From Catajapyx aquilonaris (taxonomy: Eukaryota): a stretch of DNA of 64,000 nt. The notes under the pieces are model-generated. The model saw only the letters and a list, made by a program, of their open reading frames with translations. It was not told the DNA's origin and made no database searches. The stretch lies in NCBI GenBank assembly GCA_000934665.2, contig KZ538078.1:1-64000 (forward strand). Reading direction: 5' to 3'. A program made the position numbers and the translations under genes. Numbering within the stretch: the stretch's first letter is position 1; each line of letters begins with the position of its first letter. Positions 24,770 through 40,171 of this stretch are shown here, one piece after another.

Positions 24770-27700
24770 GCATCTCAACTTATACTCGCCATCACAATCA
24801 GGGTATCAGATATGAATCAGGTTTATCCTGCATGATAGGCACCACTCTCAGAGAGTGTCTTCATAGCCAATCCTGTTTGGCTTCGGTGAGGTGGTGAGGT
24901 GGTGAGTGTGTGAGGGACTTTACATCATTGAATCAGAACATTAAACTCGTTGTACACTGGTTTGTGCTCCCATCAATCTAAAACCCATGCAAACTTTTTT
25001 TCTGGATTGTTAAAGAAGGTTGCTTTGGAAATATCCTGCTGTGCAGAAGTTGCCAAAATATATTTTTGTCTTGGACATTCGGGTCACTGGTTTCAGGTTG
25101 ATACTTCCAATACCAATATTTGGTCGCAGTAGAGTCTCGAAAACTCATAAGGAAGTTTTTCCTCGCGACCATACACCGTATATTATTGTCAGTTGTGACT
25201 GCTGCCGCGACGTCTCCTTTTTGACAGCCAATTTTGGCTTTCCGCAATCTTTCATTGCACACCTTTATTAGTGTTTAACCTTTAGGAAAAGGTCAGTGAG
25301 ACTGCGAAAAAGAGCAAAAACTTTTGTAATAGATGAGCCATTCAAGTCCGTATAAAAAGAGAAAAAAAGAATCGAATTTCACGGGTGGTCTAGCCTGAGT
25401 AAGCAAAATCGCCGTAAAAATGTTCGAGACATTTTACTGCAACTGTTCTGTGATATATTCCTATGATAAATTATCATTTATCTTACAGAATCTAATATCC
25501 ATCAAGAATCGTCCTAGTCCTTCTTTTCGACAGTGTTCAAGATTTAAGAAACTTTGCGAAAAGCATTCTATAACATTGTAACCATTAACAAAAAAATATG
25601 TGTCATATCAACTAAAATGTTTTAGTAATAAATTGCAATTGTCCAGAAGAAATCCCTATTTATTCAGATGGCAATTTGAGCCCAAATTACGTTGGAGCAA
25701 AGGCTTCGTTATAATAATCCCTACATTTGGCTTACACGTGAATTCCCATCTATGTATGTACCGTATGTTCTGAAAAATTGCCTGCGCGAATTCTATATGC
25801 CTATAATGTTCATGCTCCAACTATTGTGCATTTACAAGGCGCAATAGCCTATTATATTATTATTATCCGGGCCTATTTTGATCTTTCATGCGTATTCTCG
25901 TTCTGATATTATAAGTTTTTATGGCTCCTGCTGAAGCACACAAAAATTCTGGACAACAAAGTGGAACATTCTTTCAATCGGATGAATTCATTTAAAGGCG
26001 TATGTCACGTTGAAAATGAAATAATCCAGAATATTTTGCACTGTAAATCAGCAACGCTATTGAAAAATGTAGCAGCCACCGGAACAATTGCTGGTGAGTT
26101 GCAGCTATTCACATCAACGGGTAACCACAGCTGTACACAAGCTCTGTAGAGCCAGATCCCACCCAACCCAATTACAAAGTTGTGAAAGTGTCCGTTTGCA
26201 TCTTGCTTGCCAAAATCGCTGTAATGTCAGGCGAACCATGCCAGATAATATATTTTTAGCCCCTCCAGTGTAAACGTTGGATCAACCCCTCAATAATTGG
26301 CTTCCAGAGGACAACAAGCCGCACTGGACAGGTCTATTCTGGCAAGAGTTGATTGCAAGGGCATCCGGGTGTCCCAGCCGCCAACCAAGCCCGGATGGGA
26401 AATGTTTCGGACCAACGCCCTCCCCTCCCAACCTTTTTTTTGGCCCCCTTCCCGGAACGACGTGACCCTGCAGATTTACAAATGGGGAAAGGCTGGAATA
26501 AGCATCCGGCACACTGATCTGCTCCATCAAACAAAAACCGCACGCCGCCAAATCCGCCAAATCTGATGTGATGCGTCCGTACACCACGCGATCCCGATAA
26601 ACCATTATTCCCACCCTTTTCCTCTGCTTCCACATCCCGGATAGGGACACAGCTCGGTGTGTGTATACAGTACACAGTGATGAAGTCATTACGGACAGGA
26701 CTGAATAAAAGGGTGTTGTGCTTAATTGCAACGTTTCTCTCCATTGGTGCAGATTCCAGCTGTTTTCACCTGATGCAGACTGCAAGTGGACAGTTGTTTC
26801 AATTTTTTAAAATCGCTCATTACAATATTGTGTGTGGTCAATCCATCGATTAGCATGTTCTCGCTTTCATCAGTCACGGATCCAGATTATTGGGATTTTT
26901 AAGCTTTCATAAGCCTGTCCCATATCGAATGGACATGGCCGTCCGTTTCATATAAGTTATTAAAGAGGAACATTAGCAGGCTAACCGGATTAAGTACGCG
27001 TCCATTTCTTACGATGTGGCACTTGGGAAGCAGCCGCAAAAAAAAAGAAGAGTGTTTGGTGCTACAAAGAGCAGCAGAGTGCGAAAGGTTTTAGCGACAG
27101 GTGAAAAACGAGGGCTGGCCCAAAAGCCCTTCCATTAATCTTAAGCCTTTGTCCAATTTGCCCAGACCTTGTTTTCGGACGAGGCCAAAAGAAAATATAA
27201 TAAGCGGACTTCTACCTGCCAACGCCGAACGCAACGTTTCTTTTCTATTTGACCATTGTAGAAAGGACAAATTGCTTCCTCACCGCTCGATTCTGGCCTG
27301 CAGGTGGCCAACTTGTGTCCATTTCCACACGTTCGCGGTAAGCTCTTTAGTTCCAAAGGCATATATAGGAGTGTGTGAGTGGAGAGAAAAAAACCTTCGA
27401 GAAGAAAAAAAATCTTGCTAAGATAGGCATATAATCTGAGAGAGAGTCTTTAATTCGTAGACAAGAGGCAGCATCATCCCAGCCCCAGGAAGAAATTTGC
27501 ACCGAATTTTGGCCGCCTCCCTCCCTCGCCTATCCGGGGCCTTAATGGATATTAAAACCCATTACATTTTGTTCCGGGCCCGATGAAGTTCCGGCAAACG
27601 CCGAGTCCTCGGCTCGCTTGATCGCAGGCACGAGTCTCATCTGGGCTACACTTGTAAGTGAGACTTAACGAACGGGCCCCATCTTGTTGCGCGAATTGCG

Positions 27701-30700
27701 CCTGCAGCATTCCAAAGCTGCTGCCGCCAACAACACCCAACTTTACACTATAATACTCCAGGCTAGGGACTACTGACCACTAAGGTCCTGCCATCTAGAT
27801 TTATCCTGACTTGTACGCAACTTTTCAGCGTCTCTTGTCATGCGGATGGTGCATCATTCAGGATGAACCGTTCGGAAATCCCCATAAAATACTGGTCGTA
27901 ATTCCAACTGGGTATCGGTAGGAGCAATTGGTTTCCTCAACAAATCCACAGCTTATCTTCAAAGACGCACGCACAGACTCGGTATAAAACAAGGTTTGTT
28001 CCTAGTCCCTGGAAGGCAGCAGGGGTGATAAGAGCCGACTCCAGCCTACAGTAGCCCTTTCCGATGAGGGATACCTTCCGGGAGCAACAAGAACGCCAAC
28101 TGTCAGAGACAAGCCCGCCGGGTCTCCGCCGCCTTTTGTTTCCCGTAGTCCACTTTTCCTTTAACGGCCTCCGGTTATATGGAGGCGACGTTCAGAAACT
28201 CATAAAAGGCGTCCGACTGCACCTAGGGCTCAGGGACCGCCCCTGAGGAAATGAGATGAAACGCCTCGCTCTGCTTGATGGGACTCTTCCATCATGGAAA
28301 TCTAACCCATTGAGTTCCGAGGGTAAAAGAGAGGGGGCAGGGGAGAAGGAAAGGAGTAGCTGTCTGAGAGGAGTCGTCCTCATGCCCTGGCACGATATTG
28401 CCATTTGGGTGGGGTAGAGAAGCCCGCCTGCTGCAAAGACCCCCGCCAACTATGCGCCCTAAACATTTTAGTGTGCGTTTCGGCATCCGATGTTCCAATT
28501 GCGCAAATCAACTTCATGGCTCTGGGGCCAGAGCGCGGCACAACGACCGCCGGAGAGGAATGCACTGCAACGGTCCCAAAGTGCGCCGGGGGGAGTTATT
28601 TTGTTTCTCACACTCGCCCTATTCCGGAATGCAAACTCTGTCTTCACATCACTCCGTGGTGGTGGTGGTGTGTGTGTGTGTGAACACTGTACCGAGAATC
28701 AGGGAGAGCACCCACTTGGGCTCTGGGATGACTTGGACGTTTATTGAAAACGGACTTCGGGATTTTCCCCTTTTTCAAACGGATCGAATACCATGCTGTT
28801 TGCGGCCTCCTCTTCTCACTTTTCCCTCCTCTGTCGCCGGAACTGGTTGCAGCTCTGGAAATGTAGACCCTTTTGCTACGGTTCAAAGCTCACCCCTGCG
28901 TACCATTGGCCGTTTCAAAGTTAAACTCGGACCCTAGTTTGCCGCCTGCTTTCCCTTCACCTTTCTGCCTCTTCTTCCGGGCTGACCAAAACTAGCAGAG
29001 TTTTGTTGGTGATAGTCGCTCTGTTCAAATGGGGAACCTGTATGTTCGGAGCAAAAGCGTACACATTAAGCGCCAATTTGGCCTTCCCTTTCAACTCAAG
29101 TTGGTATTATTTTGTTCACGATGTGCCCGGCAGCGTCCCGTGTTTGGCAACGGAGAGTGCGGGGTCACATGAACCAGTCGGCCAATCGCATTTGTTTTGC
29201 GTCACTTACAGGGAATCAAGAACTGGATCCTGAATGTACTGCAAGACTACACTTTGTTCGGAGTATTGGCTTCGAGTCAATATCCTGCTGCCGGAAAAAA
29301 AATCGAGTCTGGTGTTGAACTTTGCAAAAAGATGTTATTCTTTGAGCTACTGTAGAACTGAGGTGAGTTGACGGAAACCAGTTACGTTAAGTAAATTACA
29401 GTGGTGTTTGCTAGTGCAGCAGAAGCCTACAGCTGCAAACGCAACCACCATTATCAATGAATACCACATTTATATGGAAACATAGTAATTCCCGTAGACA
29501 GACACGATGATTAATTTCTCTAATCTAAATGGTACACTATGCCCACAGTCAATACCGCAGTCATAGGCAACGTTAAAGCCTAATCCCATCCCGCATCATA
29601 GCATCTGTGTAATTTATTGGTGTTATTGCATTTTCCAGGGTAGTTAGCGAGTATATTGGCTGCAGTAAGATAATCAGACCTGGTGTTATCGTGATCTCAT
29701 ATAATTAAACTTATGTCGATCGAGGAAACTTGTTATTACCACTAATAGGACAGCAATAGTGTTGGCGTACAGTAATATGAATGGCCAGTCATTAACCACC
29801 TGCCCAGAACAAATTACGCGTAAAATGCTTCGCCCTGATACAAACCAAATAGTAAAGTAAAGCGCCAAACAATCTGTAAAATCATCAAACGCGGACGCAG
29901 AACACTACAATCTAATTTCCGATAATGAGTAGGTCACAAGGTCAAATTCATGAGGCACCCCATATCTGATTCCATTGCTCACTTGCAGGGCATTTGTAAC
30001 CACTCCTGCATACTACAATTTTCCGCATAATTAAGTTGTTAAAATTGGTAATATTGTAGCAGTTAATAGTTTTTTATAATTCCAGAAATAACTTCCATGG
30101 CAACTGCTGAAAAATTAATTCAATTCAATTATTATTACGAGTAATAGAATATATTGTTTTTAAAAAACTTCGTTGCTGCGTTATACGTTCGCGTTATGCC
30201 CGTCCGGATGTAATTTGCGCAAGTATTAAAGCTGTAACGGAGCTACTTATCTTATGTGGCAGCTTTGCCTTTTTCGATCTGTATAAATATTTTTCAACAA
30301 TATATCATAAAGTTGAAAATAGTATGTGAAATGTTATGATTAATTTTATTGAAAAATATTGCATCTCCATGTACTGTACTCTTATGGCGGCATAATTATT
30401 TTATGTATAGGTCTACAATACGTTATTGAAAGTTATATGATACAGGGTGGTCCGAAATACTTGTCTGGCTAATATGACTGTTTGTTGGCACTATAGGCTG
30501 CTGATTTTAGCAGTTTCCTTTAATGGTTACCAAGCGAATTAGCTGCTAATATTGCGCCCGACTGAATCATTCATTTCAGCTCTGCATTGCAAAGGATTGC
30601 CGATTAGGAATAGTCCATATGAGCAATGGTCATCTCACGTCAATGACAGGACCCACACCCACTTGTGCATTGCAGGCTTTAAAAAGGGTAATATTAGCAG

Positions 30701-33472
30701 CTAATACTTTTGATAAACCACTAAAAGTAACTATGCAAAAGTATAAAAATTTGTAGTTGAGTGTCAACAAATAGCCATATGAGTCGGAAAACACACAACT
30801 ACAGTATTTTGGATCTCCCCATAATTATACGTTTTGAATGTTCATGTTTTTGCATAAAATAAATGACATGACAACTTTAACAACTTCTAATTGCGCCTGC
30901 CTCAGGCTCGAAAACAGAAGTCAGATTAGCATATTTTGCAAATTATGACACGCTTATGTTGCAAGATTTTGGCGTTTTTCATTTCTGTCACTTGTACAAA
31001 AAAAACACGTTTTCATCCAGCTGTTCTATCACACAATAGAGCAGAGCATGTTTTTTATAGTATCATGTGGGACTTGCGACATTATCATACTATGGGCGTA
31101 TATATCCCTTCATGAGCAGAACATTTCGCAACCATTATCTCGATTTCACGAGAAAAATGGATTTGGGGCCTTTCCATTAGCAGCATTTCAATTTGCAGGC
31201 CACATGCATTCATAATGCTTTCACGGTACAATTTATTGCATTTGTCAATTTTTATGTCAAAAATGGTTCCCGCCCTGTACCATACCCAACTAATTTAGTG
31301 TCAGCAAGTAGAACCATATACTTTATACGACACATCATCCTTGTCTCCTTATGGTTAGCTCATTTGGCTCATGTGACCAAATGGGTGGTGTCAGCCATGT
31401 CACGCAGTTCCGCATCGGGCAATCTCCCTCGCATTTAGTTTGCACTGTATTACTGCTGTTGACGGACATAGTGTGTCATCACAAGTGTATTGCTTTACAC
31501 ATACTGTAATAAACACATGCAATAATTGCATTAACCAGTACACACTTATTTTAGTGACGAAAAAATGAGACAATCAACTATACATCACATATCATGAGTA
31601 TATGTGTAACTTACACTTATTGAGACTATGCAAAATTGCGTTCCTGGGCATAAGTGCAGCTTATGAAATGTTTGGTTGCCTGAATGCCAGGCTGAAGTTT
31701 TCATTAGTGGGTAGGTGGTGCGTCCGTGAATTATCCTCTTACCATAATTGCTTTTCCCATACGCAGCACTTGGTCGCCATGGTCATATTCCTCTCCCTAG
31801 ACTCATGTCCCGAAAACATGCTCGGACGTAATTATTCATGAACAATAAGATATTAGCTGTGCTGGTCATGCATTTTTTGGGGCGCGAAGTAGGCTCCATT
31901 ATTAAGCGTCCATCACACGGATGGATTAAATGAGGCGGAGTAATTACAAACATTACAGTTGATTAGTTTACACTGCAGCCACCTGTGGCTCCGCCGTACC
32001 AAGTTGGACACACCGCACGCAGGACACTTTCAAATGATTTTTTGTGTGTACAAAAAAAAGTGGCATCGCCTTCCCCGGGCCACTTTAGGTTTGGCATTGA
32101 CTACAGGAGTGAGAGGCGGAGAGAAAATCGCTAAATGGAATTTGTGGCGGATGAGCAGCTTAGCCCGAAATTGACAAATTGGCATTTGGAGCGCCGGAAG
32201 CCTCGTAAACGAAATTGCGTCCCGGATTTACCTGGATTTCTCCTTCCCGCCGTTTAATCCAGCTTATTATGCAATTCTGGGAGCGAATGAAGTCGAGCGT
32301 CCACTCTCTCAATTGCTAGGCCACACCCTGTAAGTTCCTATATCTAATTTTTTTTTTTCGAATCCAGAGTGTTATTCGGCATTGTCAAAAGTGGCAGTGC
32401 ACTTCGACCGGGCCTACCTCCCCCGGTCCCCTGTTCCAAAGTTGAATCGAAATGGGTTAGTAATTGCGGGCTTAATGGTGAGGTCAGCCCATCAGCTAGG
32501 CAGACAAATAGATGGACAGACACGCGTGCAAGCCCTAATAGCGCTTTTAATAGAAGCAAACGCCCATTAAAAAGGTGGGCTAGCACCCATGAAACTGCGA
32601 ACCAGACAGTGTTGACACTTTTGCGGGAGTAAATATCCACCACTTTCACGGACGGTCAGTAGCTATATATCGCCGAATTTTTTTTAAGTGCTGCAATTGA
32701 TCTCCGGAGACTTACTTTACCGAGTTATCCACCGGTTAAAAGTCAGCCTAGTAAGAAAATTCGAAGCTCATGGAATTTCCATAAACTGCTGGCAGGCTTC
32801 CATATTTCATTGGGGTACATTATTTAAATGAAATTGGCAAAGGAATCTGTGCCTCAGAATCTTGGAAGGCGCTGGCTGTCGTGGAGCGCCATGGAAGCTA
32901 TTCACTGCCGGTTAATAATGTGACATTATATGTCCTGTAATTCTAATTTGGCCTCCTTTTTTTTTACTCGGGAGCACACGCGGCACGCCAGACATATCCT
33001 GACCCAGGTCAGGTTAAATCCTGAATAACATTGTCTCTTTTTGTAATAATTTAGGAGACGCCCGGATAATTCCTGCATTCTGACAAGCTAACACGCGAGG
33101 CCTGTTCTTGGTGCACGCTACGGTTCTTCCAATGCGCAGGAAAACTCTGTAGAATTTATAGGTTTTGGAGGGAATGGGCGTGAATCCGTAAACCGCAGTT
33201 GTGGCAATTAGTGTGAAAAACCTGGTGTCCCTTTTTCGTGGGAAGAGTCCTGCGGTTTGCTAAGGGTAATGCTCCAACATTCGTCTCTCCCGGAAACTGT
33301 CCTCGCATTCATCAGACATAATGGGACACGTACCTAATCGAACGCCTTGATTTGGGTCTCTATTACCGACCCAACCCTGTGCACTCTGTCCTTCCTGTCT
33401 TTTACTATACGATGGATACCGTTCGATTCCAAAATACGTCGGGCGCCTCGAAGGGTAAAAACATGCATGTAC

Positions 33473-33524
33473 TACACTCTTAACCATTTACCCTCTCTAG
33501 AGAAGGTAAATGGTTAAGAGTGTA
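33473..33524. mobile_element. 52-bp palindromic micro-MITE (TA + 48 bp + TA), copy 1
   Basis: tacactcttaaccatttaccctctctagagaaggtaaatggttaagagtgta is a palindrome with one mismatch. An exact reverse-complement copy lies at 42528-42579 in unrelated flanks. Confidence 0.85.
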
Positions 33525-36500
33525 CACATTGTACAGCAGTATGTGTCCCCATGCCTTGCTAGGTTTTCGCACCTGTGGTTCATGTACGGTGTCATATGAG
33601 AACCTCCTTGTTTTTCTTTCCTGAAATAGTAGGCCTGTAGCACTTGACCTTAATGACCACCGCAAGCGTCAGTTAGAAACCCGCACCCAGTTCTCGGAAG
33701 CCTCAAGTCCGGCACGTGTTTTCAAACTGGTGCAAGGAAGAAAACAAGCCCTTACACTTCCCTTCAGGCCACTTGTACGTCCAATCCGTTTTTTATACCC
33801 ACAGCCTTCTTTTCTCTCTTTCTTTCCCAGTGACGTTGAAGAGGCTGTAAGTCAAGTGGGCCTGAAGGTGGGTGCGTCTCGAAAATAAAGCTGCCCTTGT
33901 CTGAAAGGGTTGGTACTTTGACCCGCCCCGGGCTGGAACAAAATTAAAAAATAACACTAGATCCAATCAATGCGTTTGGCGGGGGGAGGGGGGGGGGGAT
34001 CAACAGTTGCTGTGGATCCGGTTGTCACCTCACCTGTCAATCACCTGCAATATTCATACGTGTAATGCGATCTGGATGAATGCATGTTTTGGATCATAAA
34101 CCGTAATTGCATAAACCGCACAACCTAAAAATGGATGCATGTCAATATATTGTTACATATGTACTCTGTACATAAATATGTACAATAATTATCCGCCGCG
34201 ACGCGCCATATATGGATACATGGCGCGCCATTTGCGGGTCTGGTTATACTAGACACGTAGCCAAAGTTACCAGTTGGAATGGCCGGCATAAAATCCCTTT
34301 GCTCCGCATTTTTTCCCTTTGTGGGGATGAGCCATTGAGGTTTCTCCTCCGTACTTGTGCATTCTCCAAATATAACCAGGCAGTGCATGAACTTATGTTT
34401 ACGACGCGAGCGACTGTGGTTGGCAGGCGCCACACGGATGCTTTTGTTGGCGAAAATGTATAAGGAGCCTCTTGCGGAAGAAGAAAATTGGAACATGTCG
34501 ACGAATCAGCAGACCAGAACAGAGGCAGCAAAAAAATAACACCAAGTTTGAAGAAGAGTATCGTTGACCTCCCAGTCCCGAAAATTTCACGCTATATAGG
34601 CCCCTTACTGATTGACTGCTGAGAGATGGCACCAGTTTTTTTGCCACGGAAACATACTTGAGCTATACGAGTCATGAATTCTGGAGCTAATCCTTCGAGA
34701 AGAGTGGCTAAACAAAAACAAGGCCCTTAGATGGGCACTTGGGCGCAGTGTTTGTGGAGGCGAGAGTAATCCCCAAGAGTTCTCCTGAATCCAGCTTAAG
34801 CCTTACGAGAACCAGCCCACCAAGCTTAAAGGACGTGGCAGGTATAATATTGCAGAAGCACATCATCTCATGGGGGCAAAGGTCTTGGTCAAGGTCGTAT
34901 GAAAGACATGTCGTCCACAAAAATTATCGACACTGGCGACTGTCCTACTCATCGCCAGACATCTGCTTCCACACAAAATAAATATATCTGTCACAACATT
35001 GTGCAGTAAATTCCCAACGGAGGGACGGAACACGCAGAGGGGGCTGGGAAGGGGGGATAAAGGGGGTCGTTCATCAGCAACATGGGATTAGGGAAAGTCA
35101 ATGCAATTATAGCGGGAGGCTAATCGCGTTGATAGCGTGGGGCAGGCGTTTCGCACTAAAAAGCCCACCCATGCAAAGAGCCATGTTTTATCTTTTTCCC
35201 AACCCGTTCATTTGAGAGCCGCAGGCTTCGAGATCACCCCCCTCCCTACCCCACCCTACTGCATCAATAACTGACGCATTGGGCTAACACGTGACTATAG
35301 TATACTGTAGACATGGCAAAATCAAGTCCGACGTACAAATGAGGTCCGCCCCAAGACGTCGGGCTGAAAGGAGCAGCCCGATGGAAAGCTGTAAATATGG
35401 TGCGAAGTAGTAATGCAAAATAATGGATGGGCGCGTCAGAAGCTCGCGCGTTGCCTCTCCCGGAAGGCCCATTCTGGAAATTGAGCCTCCGCATACTCAC
35501 AAAGCCCTCAATGAAAGGCACACGGAGGCGAGAGCAGCTCCATTTTTCCTGCATAAAAAAAAAGATGGTGGTGCAAGAGTAGTCGGTCTTTGCCAACCGC
35601 ACCCATCAGACTGTATCGGTTTTAAATATATATAAAAAAACAGTTTCAAATCTGCAACCTGATCCATGTCCACTTAGGCCAGTTTCGCCCACTAAAGCAG
35701 CCGATATGAGCAGAGGGCACGAAGCAGGGGCTCCACTTTGCTTACTTTCTGGATCTTTCTTGCTCACTGTTTTCTCTCCGTAATGAAATTTAGTTGTGCC
35801 TTAATTAATCAACAAGGTGAGCCCCATGTTTCCAGAGCCCCTAGGCAAATAGCCCCTAGGCATTTGGGTCAAATGCGCTACTCTAATGAAGTGGGAAAGA
35901 GATGAAAACAACACAAAAATAGTTTTAATTAGCTTTCACCAAACTTGAGTTGGCTCTAGGGGCAGGTGGTTTGTGGGGATATGCCTATCCTGCATATAAG
36001 GCATGCCAGTCTGACGAGGATGCCTGGTGTGTTGCCTACTAGTAAGGATAGCCAGGTCAGGATTTTAAAAAAAGTGATGCCTTATACCCTCCTTCTTTTT
36101 ACCAATTATTGATTGATGACGCCATTCTGTCGCAGAGAGTCTGTTGTATCTTTTGTTGGAAGCATTTCAAAAGAGTTCGCTGGCGTTGGATCCCTAACGT
36201 ACAGTCTTGATCACGACAATTTGGGCAAAAGAAGGGTGTCAACCGGTGTGGAAAAAAAGGGGAACTGAGGACCTGGTAATAAAAGGGCCGTCAGAACGGT
36301 ATCATTCTTCTAATTAGTCTACTATTGTTGTCATGTCACCAAAAACTTGGAGCCACTCCCGTATCTCCAACAGTCTGCGTCGGAGCCAACTTTCGGAAAA
36401 GGGCTATAATGTCGATAGTCTTTAATGGGCTATAAATATGCCCTAATTTAAATATCCGGTGCCGACGAGGTACCCAGCCCATATTAGGCTACCAAGTCAA

Positions 36501-39500
36501 TTGAGTGAAGCGCAGCTACCCCCCTCGACAACAAATGGGACACACATAATTTGAATGCTTCATTTGTGTACCAAAGGGCGACATGTAGCTGCGTGCATAA
36601 AGAGGTTTTATTACCATTATTATTGTCTGGAAATCTGTTTATCCCCGGAATCATTTACGGGGCGTTGCAACCATCCCGCCAAGCGTGCTCCAAATTCCGG
36701 GGCCTGGCAATATAAGCAACTCCCTCTACTCCCTTCACAAAACAAAGCAATCGCCCACCAATTTAATTATTACGGCAATAAAAGCCTGCATTGCGTCCGG
36801 AACTTGAGGAAGGCGATAAAACTTTTTTTTTCTAGTCCTTTTTCTAGGGTGGAAAAACGGGGTGGGTGGATGTAGCCTATACTAACTTTAGCTACGAAAA
36901 TTAATACTTTGAAAATCGAGCAGCGGAAGTTTCCAGTTTCGACTCGCCTTTTAATTAGCAGGCTTCCAACTCGCATGCAATTGATTTGATTTACTTCTTT
37001 ACGGCGGCGGAAGGAGGAAGAGATTCATCTTGGTGGCTATTGTGGGGGGAGACCCATCTTGGACGTGCCTTGTGCTGGCAAAACCCCTGTCCTACCATTG
37101 CCTGTATATATATAAAAAAAAGTTGAGCATTGGCGTGTAGCAGGTTTCTATTGGCAGCCTATCTCGTGCATCTGCAGCATTAAAATGTTCGTTTAATCAA
37201 ATTCACTAGCCTTGTTGGTGTGCATGCGGAACCGGGTCAGGGAACCGCACACATACATGGTAAAGGTTCCACTTGCTGCTGAATGCTTCATTAACGCGTT
37301 CATTGTGCACGGTTCTAATGTGATTTGCTGCAGGCCAAAATATCGTGTCAACTGTCGGACTTTTTCCGACTGGTTAAGCCGAACTAAATGTGAGGCCCTC
37401 GATTTCTCAAGATAATCGATGCAATTTTTTTTGAACTATTTCAATATTAATTATACAAGATAGTCGACGGTATATAAACACACACAAAATTAAGCTGCAC
37501 TGTCTATTATAAACACTTGGTTTAAGTAAGCAGATATACCGTATTAAGTGTTGTTGTCGCTGAATACAAATATTTGGTTAACACAATCGAGCTGTTTTGG
37601 TTGTGTTGAATTTTGGTTGTTTTTTCAGCATAATTGCTGCGTTTCTGTTACTACAGAATTTTCACCTAACACGACGTATAGCTCACGTGTTATTTGAACA
37701 CCTGAGCTCCACCGATGCTGGAAACGTTTATCTTTGGACGCAACCGGCTCGCGGAGCATACGAGAGAACCTTGGGTATAATTTATGATGGCTGAGCCCTC
37801 CTTTCGGGATAACTTCCGTCAGAGCCAAGTTATAGCTGAAAGGATGACAGGTCGCAATTTCTAGTTGTCAACTAATGGATGGCTGTAATTAACTAGAGTC
37901 AGATAGGATCTAATGCAAGGGGTGCTTTGGTATGGATTTGGCGCAGGCCAAGATTGGCGTTTCTCAAAATGACGTGCAATTCGTGAATTTCCACAGAGAG
38001 AAAAAAATTTGTTTGGAGGAGGGGGGGAAAAAAGAAAGCCCGTATAGGTCAAGAGCAGTCGTTGCAATTTTTGTAAAGAGCGTCACAACTTTTCGCCACT
38101 TATCGGGCTGACAGATTAATGGATCCCACCACCATAGTTTTTATCCTCTTCTGACGAAAAAAATGGTGCTGGTTAACTAGAAAATGTCGACTAGCTAGAC
38201 GCACTCCTTATCTGCAACTTTTTCACTTATTCTGGCAGGGAAGAAGAAAAAAAAGCGGCATAGAAAAAAAAGATAATTAAGTCCCGGAATTGCATGAACT
38301 AACGCAATTTATGCAGACAACTTGGGCTTGTAGATATGAAGAGAAGATCCATTGCGAAAGACTATCAAAATAATATGCTCTTGGTTACCAATATGGCCAC
38401 TGTAACATACAAGTTTGTTCCCCTCTCCTTTGTATAACATGTGGATATAGGACCAGCGATTTTCTTCTGAGGCGACGGAGATTTCATTTGCCGGGAGTTA
38501 AGTGCGCAGTTTTTGGCCGGAAGGTGATTCACGCTGGCCTATTTACTAGCAGGAAGGGAAGAGCCAATTACCTGGCGTGAAACTGGGCTTCTTCAGATGC
38601 CCGCAGAAGAAAGTGGGTAATTTTGAGACCTTCCTAATGAAGGGATCTTTTGTGCTGCTGCCCAAATGAGGTGATGTCATTATTCTGCCCTCTTCTCGCA
38701 TAGTCTCGGCGCATTTATTCGGTCCCTTGTATTGAATTTTTTAAAGTCTATTCATGAAATATAATTTAATAACTTCTTATGTAAGGATGACGTGTTCATT
38801 TTATGACGCTAATATATTATGGAGGAAATTTAGAAAGTACTAGCTTGTGACGTAGGGCTTTCCAGCATCGTTTATAATCTCTGTAGACGTAAGATTCCGC
38901 TAGTTATACTCTTGCTTCTTGGAGCGAAACGGAAAGAGTACAGTACCTGTGCACATATTTTAAAGTACAGTACATTCCTTTCATAACACCCTCAGTCAGC
39001 CGTGTAGTTAGCCTACTTTCGCTTATAGGCTACATTATATTAACGACTAGGGAGAAATATCGAGGAGCTAAAAGGAAATGTTGCAACGAGGATCAAAGAG
39101 CCCTTTACAAATCACTACCGGTACGTGTTTTAAGCTATTACTTTTAATTAAGCAACAAATTTTTGTGTAACTGACAAATATTTCATAGACTATCATTCCC
39201 TTGCACAAGTTCCACATCATTCCCACAGGCCTATACTAATACTGCATAAATGATAGTGGTAGTCAAAATTGTAACTTTCCACGTTCCTTATAGGGCCACA
39301 AGAAATTAATAAAGCAGGCACGTCAAGGAAAAATCACGACTCGTGCAGTTTCACGAAGAAAACTAGGCGGATCTAGTCTTGCTATAGCCTACTGTCTATG
39401 TACTTGCCTATAGTGTTTCAGCTCGATTCTGGCCTTTCAGCATCGAGGCACAGCATGCTGATGACTCTGCATATGCACTGAGTTCTCTGCCTCGCAAGTA

Positions 39501-39512
39501 TGAGTATAGGTC

Positions 39513-40087
39513 TACATCATTATAAGTCGAACTTCCCTAAGTCGTAGTTCTCTATAAGTCGAAGAAAATGATGAGCTTGGTTGGTCACATTGTAAAATAA
39601 TAGGAAATAAACTTCCCTAACTCGAATTTCTATAACTCGAAGTGCAGGCAGGGCCTTACGATGGGATATCAATGCATTTTCAGTCTCCCTAAGTCGAAGT
39701 TCATGTTGGCGAGTATGAAAAATTTTCTCATTTTCCAGCCGAATGGTCCAGAGTAGGCCACATGTACAGAAAGGCTCAATTTCCTGATCTCCGTCTACCA
39801 GACGTACCGAAAGAAGTGATTGGCTCGATTGTGACAATTGAATCCTTGAATCTAAGAGTAGGCAAATGTCCATAACAGAGATTTTTTTACAACAAAACAA
39901 CGAGGAACAAGTTGTGTGATAGTGACAGTTATTTTTAAGTTTTGGACACCTTTCGTCGCTGGATATAAAGGTAGGCTTCTTTATAGAGTTCTGTGCTTTA
40001 AAAATCCAAACTTCTCTAACTCGAATCTTCTATAACTCGAAGTACTTTCCCGGTCCCATGGTGATTCGACTTATAGAAGTTGTACTG
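39513..40087. mobile_element. Non-autonomous pogo/Tigger-like DNA transposon (~575 bp) with subterminal motif repeats
   Basis: The right TIR is ttcgacttatagaagttgtactg (reverse complement CAGTACAACTTCTATAAGTCGAA); the left end is degenerate (tacatcattataagtcgaa). The motif TAA(G/C)TCG(A/T)A recurs near 39521, 39537, 39553, 39617, 39631, 39689, 40016 and 40031, and inverted near 40065. Confidence 0.7.
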
Positions 40088-40171
40088 TGTCTGTATCGTA
40101 TATAATTGTGCAATGCAAAACCTGCAGGGGAAAACGATCAGAGTCACAATGAGATTATTCGGGATATGAGG

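Noticed and set aside
28398..28937. Longest ORF (179 aa) and similar 120-170 aa ORFs
   Set aside because: It runs through GTG/GT microsatellites, has no domain signature and has overlapping ORFs in several frames, as expected by chance in GC-rich non-coding DNA.
33334..33487. Phase-1 donor G|gtacgt with an open frame, as the upstream exon of the Ig gene
   Set aside because: The encoded peptide is hydrophilic and unlike a signal peptide, and its ATG lies inside the palindromic MITE.
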